NCBI GenBank assembly: GCA_043228905.1
Contig: JBHGNT010000716.1
Coordinates: 1 to 16,833 of the forward strand
Direction of reading: 5' to 3'
Origin: Azolla caroliniana
Lineage: Eukaryota > Plantae > Polypodiophyta
DNA: 16,833 nucleotides
Shown here: positions 1 to 8,075 of the stretch, piece by piece
Layout: each line of letters opens with the position of its first letter
Numbering within the stretch: the stretch's first letter is position 1
Made by a program: the position numbers and the translations under genes
Notes under the pieces: generated by a model
The model's database searches: none
Told to the model about the DNA's origin: nothing
Seen by the model: only the letters and a program-made list of their open reading frames with translations

Positions 1-1
1 A

Positions 2-1613
2 TCCACTCGTGAAAAGAACCCCGTAAGCCGATTCGGCTACAACAATTATATGGCGTACCATTACGCCTTTATGATGAAGGTAGCGACAGTACGGGAGCCG
101 GAAACCTTTTCGGAAGCCACGAAGGACCCGCGATGGATCGAAGCAATGAACGAAGAGATGCAGGCACTACGGAAGAACGAGACGTGGGATCTCGTTCCCA
201 CCTCACCACACAAAAAGGCGATTGGATGCAGATGGATCTACAAGGTGAAGTATAACGTTGATGGCTCTGTAAACCGCTACAACGCTCGACTCGGAGCGAA
301 AGGATATGCTCAGACGCATGGCGTCGACTACGAAGAGACCTTTGCCCCAGTGGCAAAGATGACAACGGTGCAGACCGTAATTGCGCTTGCGGCGGCGAAA
401 GGGTGGCACCTCCATCAAATGGACGTCAAGAACGCCTTTCTACTCGAGCACTCATCCAAAAGCCGTATGCCGACTCAAGAAGCCACTCTACGGCCTCAAG
501 CAAGCACCACGTGCTTGGCATTCGAAGATAACGCAATATCTTCATCAAATCGGATTTCGTATGTCAAAATCGGACAACTCCCTCTACATACGAAGCGATT
601 CCGCAAGTCCTATCGTCATCATTTTATATGTGGATGACCTAGTCATTGGAGGTGAGCATCTCGTCGAAATCACTAAGGTCAAATCCCTCCTTTCCGACAA
701 GTTCGAGATGACGGACATGAAGGAGCTCCACTACTTCCTCGGCATCGAGGTAATTTGGACTCCGGCTGGAATCATGATCTCTCAACAGCACTACATCCTC
801 AACTTGTTATACAAGTTCGGGATGGCTGAGTGCAAATCCATGTCAACCCCGCTCGATCGTAATCTCAAACTAGATGCGAACTCCGGCACCAAAGCGTGTG
901 AGCCGACTCAGTATCGGCAACTCATCGGGAGTCTCATCTACCTCACGATCACACGACCCGATCTGAGTTATCCGGTCGGTCTCCTTAGCCAATTCATGCA
1001 AACACCGCGTGATACTCACTTGGATTGCGCTAAGCGAGTTCTAGGATACGTGAGCGGCACAATGGATTGCGGCATCCTATACAAGACCGCAATGCCAATA
1101 CGACTCAAGGGGTACACAGACGCTGATTGGGCCGGCTACAAAGCCGATAGAAGATCAACCTCCGGATTTGTTTTCTCCCTCGGCAGCGGAGCAATATCCT
1201 GGAGTAGCAAGAAGCATCCTACCGTCGCTCTTTCGAGTACGAAGGCGGAATACAGGGGCGCAGCCGTAGCTGTGTGTGAAGCTGTATGACTCAAGAGGAT
1301 TTTGAAGGATTTGGGAGTACCCATCAAGGATCCGACTTCCCTTTACTGCGACAACATGAGCAGCATCTATCTGGCTCGGAACCCGGTGTTCCACGCACGG
1401 ACAAAGCACATCGAAGTGCACTATCACTTCATTCGAGAGCGCGTTCTAGCTGGCGATGTCGACCTACAACACATTAACACCAATCTTCAAACGGTCGACA
1501 TCTTCACTAAAGCCTTAGGTGCTGACAAGCTATGGCAATTCATGACCGATCTCGGATTGACGATCCCTGACCTGCCAAGCTTGAGGGGGAGTACTGAAGA
1601 CACTACGCAATAA
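2..1613 (+). pseudogene. pol: C1 pol: reverse transcriptase and RNase H, disrupted
   Basis: Joins ORFs 50..637, 381..1289 and 1302..1613. There is a frameshifting deletion at ~441, where the usual xGDLxEEVYMxQPxGF segment is missing after KNAFL. A TGA at 1287-1289 replaces the conserved Trp (EAV-W-L). The stop is TAA at 1611-1613. Confidence 0.95.
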
Positions 1614-1615
1614 CG

Positions 1616-1757
1616 CGTGGATTCCGCAACCACGCAACAAAGCCGCGAAGAAAGCCGCAAGCCGAAGCACAGACTTCGCAACTACGCACGCAAGCCGAAG
1701 CACTGACTTCGTAACTACGCACAACGCAAGCTGGAGCACGGATTCCGCAACTCCGCA
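1616..1757 (+). repeat. Tandem 33-bp repeat in the C1 3' UTR (3 copies plus a partial copy)
   Basis: CGCAAGCCGAAGCACAGACTTCGCAACTACGCA at 1656-1688, with variants at 1689-1721 and 1725-1757 and a partial copy at 1616-1636. Confidence 0.9.
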
Positions 1758-1846
1758 TACATGCGAGTCAACACGAGTTGACGTGGACTCCAGAACGCGA
1801 GTTGAAGCGGATTTCGGATACAGTCTGAAACTGACCCGACTTGAGC

Positions 1847-1857
1847 TTGAGGGGGCG
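1847..1857 (+). other. Polypurine tract of C1
   Basis: TTGAGGGGGCG lies immediately before TGTTGAG, the LTR start. Confidence 0.88.
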
Positions 1858-2231
1858 TGTTGAGAATCAAGCTCAACTTGGTCTATTGTGTGAACTCACC
1901 TTGAGAATGAAGAGACACTCCAACAGTCAAGATTCACCATTATGTCACCACTTTGTATTCTAGCATTTAGTATGAGTCATAGAATCATATTCTATGACAC
2001 ATAACTTATGAGCTTTCACATTCCCCATGCTCCATGAGCCTAGTAGTTAATGAAGAGAGAGGGTGACTACATAAAGCACTCTCCTCCCACCTTGTAAAAT
2101 GTTGAGTCTTTCTCCTTTGCTAATATACTTTTAACCTTGCGTATACTCTGTCTCTCTCTCTCTCTATCTCACACACACACACAGTTCACACCTATTCCAC
2201 TTCACAAGAATCTATCTCTTGATTCTTTACA
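1858..2231 (+). repeat. C1 3' LTR (374 bp)
   Basis: Starts TGTTGAGAATCAAG after the PPT and ends CTTGATTCTTTACA, a 14-bp terminal inverted repeat with 2 mismatches. It contains TACATAAAG (TATA-like) at ~2068 and a CT/CA tract. Confidence 0.9.
2146..2183. repeat. (CT)n(CA)n compound microsatellite within the C1 LTR
   Basis: Read directly from the sequence. Confidence 0.9.
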
Positions 2232-2255
2232 GAGATGACACCACTCATCCGATAC

Positions 2256-2595
2256 TGTCAGGGATAGTACTAGAGGCAAGGAGAATTAGTACTAAAGATA
2301 GAGGAGAAGAATGAGGATTAGTACTCAGAAGGGAAAGAGTGTGTGAGAATCATGAGAGGGGAAGAGAGAGAGAGAGAGAGAATGATGACAACAAGAAGGA
2401 TATTATTATATAAAGAAAAATACAAGAACAACGAGGAGGCTTAAGACTGGCGTTGAACCGAATTGGTTCTAAATAATGCCATGTGCCTTTATTTATAGTA
2501 CTGTCAGGAGTACTCCTGAAGTATGGCTTCAACCCATGTAACACAAGGTCATGGGTTCAAATCCTTTTGGAGCCATACCATGCCATATCATGACA
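2256..2595 (-). repeat. G1 3' LTR (~340 bp)
   Basis: On the - strand it starts TGTCATGA right after the PPT. The other end is TGTCAGG at 2256 on + (TGTCA..TGACA termini). TATAAATA lies on - at 2490-2497 and a (GA)n tract at ~2362-2381. The left boundary is less certain. Confidence 0.8.
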
Positions 2596-2609
2596 CTATC
2601 CCCCCCTTT
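2596..2609 (-). other. Polypurine tract of G1
   Basis: AAAGGGGGGGATAG on -, adjacent to the LTR TG. Confidence 0.9.
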
Positions 2610-4396
2610 AAAAGACGAGTGTTGTCTTTGATTGAGGACCAGGTTTGTCTAGATAATGATGATGGAAGTCCTCAAGAAGATGTTGAGCATTTGCCACATT
2701 CTCTACTGGTTCCCAAGTACACTCGCTTGGACTATATCCTAGCCAGTCGACCAAATAGTAGAGCTTGTTGCAAACAATCTTGGAATCGAGGATGGCAACA
2801 ACCTCGTACTCAGGTCCATCTTGAAGTTCGATCGGGGGTAGAGGTGGTGTAATACGATTGGGAATAGTGATGTCCTGATAGGGTTCTAGAAGAGAAATAT
2901 GAAATATAGGATGTATCCATAGTTGTGGAGGTAGCTCAAGGCGAAAAGTGACATCATTAATTTTTCCGTTAATATAGAACGGCCCTAATAGTCGATAATC
3001 CAATTTGTCACATGGTCGAGTAGTTTTTATGTGTCATCGTAATAGTCATACACGATCGCCAATATCAAAACTGGATGGAATTTGATGATGATCCGCGTAA
3101 TCTTTCTGTGTTTGTTGGGCTTGATGTAGGTGGGTAGATAGTTCTACCTGAATTTTTCGTAGCTGCTCCAAATGATTCCCTACACTAGGATTTCTGGGTA
3201 ACTCATGAGTTTCTAATACACACTAGCGAGGATGATGGCATGTATAAGCATAGAATGGTGTAACCCTAGTAGAGGAGTGGATAAAATTATTATAAGCAAA
3301 TTCAGCCAAATGCAAAATATCTGCCCAATCATCTGGTTGATAGCTTAGAGAACACCAACGATATAGTTCCAACGTTTGATTTGTACGTTCTGCTTGTCCA
3401 TCTGTTTGGGGATGATAGCCGGACGAGAGGTTGTAGGTGACCTTGAGCATTTTGAAGAGATGCTTCCAAAATATAGAGACAAATTGTGGTCCACGATCAT
3501 TGATGATACTATTGGGAAGACCATGATGCCGAAATACTTCACGCATAACAATTCCTGTAGTTTCTTCACTAGTGATTTCTTTAGTACAGGGCAAGAAATG
3601 TGTCATCTTAGTATACCGATCAACCACTGTTAAGATCGCTTTGAAGCCCTTCGAATCCGGAAGATCTGTGATAAAATCTACAGAAATAGATTGACATGGC
3701 TTGCTAGGGATGGGTAATGGCTCCAATAAACCATATGGATGATGTTTGGGCATCTTCGTTTTGCAACATGTATCACATATCCGAACGCAGTCTTCGACAA
3801 ATCTTCGCATATGCAACCACCAAAATGATCGTTGTACTAAATCCAACAGGTTAGTACTGCTAAAATGTCCAATTGTGTATGTGTCTTGACAATTTTGAAC
3901 TACTCGAAGACGACATGGACCATTGGGAACATACAAAAGTTTCTTAAAGAAGAGTAATCCATCATGACATTCGAATTGTCGATAATCCATACCTGGTTAT
4001 TGTGAATGAGAACAGGATGCCTGAGAGGAATCAATTTGATCTAGAATAACTTGAGCGAAAACATTTGTCTTCAAATCTTCACGTATGGTATCAATAAGGT
4101 GGGAATCTAATGGAGTGTCAAACCAACGTTGCTTGGAGTTGTGTCGGACCCAGGATTACTTGCTTTTGATTATCAAATGTCGGATCACTAGGACGAGGTG
4201 CTAGATACGAGCGTTGTGATAATGCATCTGCCTTCCCTTGTTGCTTACCTGGACGGTATGTAATCTTGAAGTCGAAACAAGTGAGGAATTGGCCCCATCA
4301 AGGTTGTCGTCTATTTAATACACGAGCATTCTAGAAGTAGGCAAGATTCTTGTGATCACTAAATACAATGGCTTGATGAGGAGATCCTTCAAGTAC
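2608..4396 (-). pseudogene. pol: G1 pol: RNase H C-terminus, integrase, GPF/Y module and chromodomain, disrupted
   Basis: RNase H: LEGSPHQAIVFSDHKNL...ADALS (~4215-4396, with stops). Integrase ORF 3223..3990: CDTC, SVDFITDLP, DRGPQF, TDGQAERTNQ. ORF 2608..3003: GPF, HPIFHISLLEPY, chromodomain EYEVVAILD..YLVDWLGY..TWEP. Confidence 0.95.
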
Positions 4397-4426
4397 ATTT
4401 GAAATCAATGAATTGGTTCAAACCAT

Positions 4427-4428
<2 letters not shown>

Positions 4429-4459
<31 letters not shown>
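4429..4459. repeat. (GA)15 microsatellite at the 3' end of the LINE
   Basis: Read directly from the sequence. Confidence 0.95.
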
Positions 4460-4463
<4 letters not shown>

Positions 4464-5840
4464 ATTATCGTCTTTGGAGGTCAAATATGACCAATGAGAC
4501 CAAAAATATTACATTTCACGTGATACGTGTGAAAGTGAGTAGTGACTATTGATGTTCAAGAACTTTACCAATGAATGTTGCAATTGAGAGTGCACACTAT
4601 GGTTGTAAGAGGGATTTATGCAAGGATTGGGCTCAGTCGAAGAGATGCGGAAAGCATGGTCGAATATGATCAAAGGCAGAGCATTGTATCAAAGTGTGAT
4701 ACTCAGACTCGCAAACTTGTTTAGGGAAAACTGTGCATAGCCAACCACTCTCATCACTTGTGCCCCAACGCCCTATCTCACATCGCAATGCATGTGAGCT
4801 AAGTCGCATGGAAGCAATGGTTCGAATGGCACATAACAGGATGGGCTCTAACATGTATCGATGTGTACGATTTTCCCACTCCGCAAAGAATATGGTTTTG
4901 TATTAGGTGCAACACGTGTAGTATAATGTGAGAAGCGTGAGCCTCCACATTTGTCCCATGTCATGATATATTGGCGTTGCAAAAAGGCCTCATTTACAGA
5001 GGAATCTAATGATGCATCATCATGAAGCAAGTGTCTCGCATCCCATCTACCAAACCATTTTTCTATATCTTGCATCCAACCGGAACACAAAATTTTGGAT
5101 CTTTTTGCTTGCTTCCCACGCAATTCTAGGAAGTTGATGTGAGGGACTTTTTTGAACCTTAAGCATGTATTCAACAACCCTTTCCATGGCCATGATCTCA
5201 ATTGGAAGCAATCCCGTCTCGAGGAGGACGAGGGTGTAGAGCGTTTGTTTCTTAACTTGTAGAAACTTTGTAAGAAAATGTTTTTGGACATTTTCAAACT
5301 CTTTCCACATAGATTTAGGGATGCAACCACCCCATACTTCCACCCCATAGAGAAGAACCAGTGTCACCAAAGTTTCGAAAAGATATTTCTTGAGGACCCA
5401 ACACTTAATATCTCCAAGATTGCATGTGTTCTCAAATGAATAGTATGCTCGTTTACCCGCCTCTAAGCGGCGTGTAGCACATTCATTCCATCTATGATTT
5501 GAAGGAACTTCAAGGCCAAGATATTTGAAGCTTTCCACACATTCGAGTGGCTCATTGTTGTACATAATGCATGGTTTATCTCTTTTTTGGCACTTCACAA
5601 GCATAATCTTCGTTTTAGAGCTATTGACACTTAATTTAGTATGCATGCAAATGTTTTCCAATGCCTTCATAAGCTTTTGTACATCTCCTAAATTATTTGC
5701 AAAAAGCACTACATCATCTGCATATAGCAAAAGCATAATCACAACATTCCCAATGACAACTTCTTCAACACATTCTTCCTTTGCAAACTTGGTAACCATT
5801 TCAATTCATCAATGCATAGACCAAATAGTGTTGGTGAGAG
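4460..5840 (-). mobile_element. 5'-truncated non-LTR retrotransposon (RTE/RTEX-like LINE)
   Basis: Begins within RT at LSPTLFGLCIDEL (~5840), then LLLYADD, FKYLG and LLYGVEVWG. The C-terminus has RLSSHALRCEIGRW..ESEYHTLIQC (degenerate CCHC). A ~170-bp 3' UTR ends ATAATATAAT followed by (CT)n. The clade assignment is tentative. Confidence 0.92.
4633..5840 (-). pseudogene. LINE ORF remnant (RT C-terminal half plus zinc knuckle), frameshifted
   Basis: ORFs 5047..5799, the C-terminal part of 4848..5348, and 4633..4854 form one protein across frameshifts. Confidence 0.9.
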
Positions 5841-5968
5841 AGAGACAAACAGACAGAGTTGAAAGGAAAGTATTATATTGCACTATAAGATGGATTACAA
5901 AGAGTAGGCAACAAGGAGCTCTAGAATGGTGTTGAACCAATTTGGTTTTGGGATGATTAATAGATCCC

Positions 5969-5976
5969 TATTTATA
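5969..5976 (-). promoter_or_regulatory. TATA box of the G2 LTR
   Basis: TATAAATA on -, at the same relative position as in the G1 LTR. Confidence 0.7.
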
Positions 5977-5985
5977 AGTCCCTAT

Positions 5986-6148
5986 AGAGTATTCTAGAAG
6001 GTTCTAGAAGGTTCTAGAATATATAGAACACTTAGAATATTCTAGGACATTCTAGAATATCCTTAGAGTATTCTAGAAGGTTCTAAAATATAGAACATTC
6101 TAGAATATTCTAGGACATTCTAGAATGTAGAGTAATCTAGAATATTCT
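5986..6148. promoter_or_regulatory. Array of heat-shock-element-like motifs (alternating nGAAn/nTTCn) in the G2 U3
   Basis: aTTCtaGAAggTTCtaGAAggTTCtaGAAt at 5991-6020, with further arrays at ~6034-6063, ~6070-6084, ~6092-6126 and ~6139-6148. It is partly built from a ~75-80-bp internal duplication. Confidence 0.75.
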
Positions 6149-6253
6149 ATATATTCTAAAAACTATACATATAAACATATCATTACAATGGTTAAGGATT
6201 TGACACGTATATAACAAAGTTGTGGGTTCAAATCTGTTCGAGGCATCATGACA

Positions 6254-6266
6254 CTATCCCCCTTCT
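6254..6266 (-). other. Polypurine tract of G2
   Basis: AGAAGGGGGATAG on -, adjacent to the LTR TG. Confidence 0.9.
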
Positions 6267-8075
6267 TCGACGACACATATCACGAGTCATATGGTTTGTA
6301 CAAGGACCTGGTTTACGAGGATATTGGCGATGAAATGTGGTGACCATGTCCGCGGCAATGACAAGATTTGCTGCAGGTTCCCAAGTTCAATCATTGGGTG
6401 TATAAAATAACCAATCAACCAAGTAATACAACTTGTTGTGCACGATTTTAGAATCGAGAATGGCAACAACCTCAAATTTGGGTCCTTCCAAGAACTCAAT
6501 AGGTGGTGGGGGAGTTGTAAGATGACCTGGAATTGAACTTGTGGTCTAAGGTTCCAAAAGGGATACATGAAACACCAGATGAAGACGCATGTGCGGAGGG
6601 AGGCCAAGATGAAATGCAACATCACTTATCTTACCAATGATCAAGTACGGGCCAAAGCGTTGGTAATCCAATTTACCGCAAGGCCTAGTGGTCTTAATGT
6701 TGTTTTGGAGAAGCCATACACGAGATCCGCAAGCCTCTTGTGTGTAACTTTAGCATCATGCAAATTGTGGAGAATGGTAGCATGAATTTCTTGGAGGCGA
6801 CTAAGAAGATCGTTAGCAACAAGGTTGGTAGGAACTTATGGATGCACATTCATTGTCCAACGAGGATGACAACCCATATTTGCAAAAAATGGGGAATATC
6901 CCGTAGAAGAATGGATTGAGTTGTTGTAAGCTAATTCAGCCAAGTGCAAAAAATCAACCCAATTATCTTGTTGGTAGTTGATGAAACAACGAAGATATTG
7001 CTCCAAAGTCTGGTTGGTACACTTGATTTGGCCATTAGTCTCGGGATGATAGCCCAAAGAAAGCTTAGCTGAAATTCAGAGCAATTTGAACATGTGCTTC
7101 CAAAACTTTGAGATGAATTGTGGACCACGATCACTAACAATATCATCCCGAAGGCCATGATGCTTGAATACCTCCCGCATAACTAGATCGATTGCCTCTT
7201 GACTAGTAATGGACTTTGTACATGGCAAGAAATGTGCCATTTTGGTAAGTCGATCGACCACCGTGAGAATTGCATCAAAACCTTTCGAAACTGGGAGATC
7301 GATAATGAAATCCAAGGATATAGACTTCCAAGGATTTCCGGAATGGGAAGTGGCCGATGCTCTAGAAATGTATTGGCCTTCACCTTATCAAAGACGTTTG
7401 AGAACTCTTTGTATTTCTTTGGTAGTTTGATGTCCGGCTCATGTAAGATGGATGATGGAGTTGCTACTATTGTGAATACGAACATGTCCTCGTTCCCCCC
7501 TTCCTTACGTAACCAACATAGAGAGATGGTCGATAACTTATGGGATCCAGTATCAAATGTCAGAGATCTGAGGGATGCGAGCTTTGTTCTTTTTTCCTAG
7601 GTTTCCTCAATTGTTCTTTTCATCAAATCAATCTTTGGGTTATGGAGTTTAAAGCAAGGGAGACCTAGAACTAATCGGTGTATTGGACTACATATAATGT
7701 TGAAAGAGATTATGCTTGCCAAATCGCCAAGAACTACACGAATTGGCTCGGACTCCTCGACTATATCACCTGATGTTATGGGACAGCCATCGATGACTCC
7801 TATGGCTACTGGGTTCGGGAGCTTATTCAAGAGGACGTTTTGTGTCAATGCAAACTCACGATCCATGAAACAAGAGTTGGCTCTAGAATCTAGGAGGGCA
7901 GAGGCTAAGACTCGATATCATGTAGATGTGGTAAGCTCAACTTGTGCAGAAAAAACCCTACTAACATGTGCACTTTCTAGACGTCAAGTAGGGTTGTCAT
8001 GTGCACTTTCTTGGTATACTTGACGTCTAGGCTTATATGGATAATTCACGACTATATTTCTTGGACCGCCATACT
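6267..8075 (-). pseudogene. G2 gag-pol remnant: gag end, protease, integrase core and chromodomain; RT-RNase H deleted
   Basis: ORFs 7597..7866 (protease), 7183..7485 (linker fused to integrase), 7076..7315 and 6836..7057 (integrase). The chromodomain at ~6300-6480 has many frameshifts and stops. Confidence 0.9.

Larger units (their letters stand above)
1..2231 (+). mobile_element. Ty1/copia LTR retrotransposon C1, 3' portion (5' part outside the window)
   Basis: Copia RT motifs (WIEAMNEEM, QMDVKNAFL, LYGLKQAPRAW, YVDD) are followed by RNase H (YTDADWAG, CDN, HARTKHIEVHYHFIRE, DIFTK), then a PPT and a TG..CA LTR. Confidence 0.97.
2256..4399 (-). mobile_element. Ty3/gypsy chromovirus G1 (Tcn1-like), 3' portion
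   Basis: RNase H end, integrase, chromodomain, PPT and LTR occur in gypsy order on the - strand. The element is interrupted at ~4399. Confidence 0.95.
5841..6253 (-). repeat. G2 3' LTR, main part (a short remainder probably lies at ~4400-4459)
   Basis: TGTCATGA follows the PPT on -. It shares motifs with the G1 LTR in the same order: GA tract, GGYGTTGAACC-RA-WTTGGTT, TATTTATA and GGGTTCAAATC. Confidence 0.85.
4400..8075 (-). mobile_element. Ty3/gypsy chromovirus G2 (Tcn1-like), internally deleted, 3' LTR split by the LINE
   Basis: Gag knuckle remnant (QYGGPRNIVVNYP, ~8040-8075), protease (ALLDSRANSCFMD), pre-RT linker, integrase core, chromodomain, PPT and LTR. Both boundaries are approximate. 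Confidence 0.9.

Noticed and set aside
1614-1846. env-like or extra ORF in the C1 3' UTR
   Set aside because: The region is too short, and the - strand ORFs merely translate the tandem repeat.
4411-4425. AATTGGTTCAAACCA, a near-inverted copy of 5927-5942
   Set aside because: It is short and imperfect. It is compatible with an LTR-internal hairpin split by the LINE but cannot be separated from chance.
5986-6148. CRISPR-like array (also considered for 1656-1757)
   Set aside because: There are no unique spacers or cas genes, and the context is a eukaryotic retroelement.
6181-6245. Functional tRNA gene
   Set aside because: The acceptor, anticodon and T stems do not pair adequately. It is kept only as a tRNA-like motif finding.
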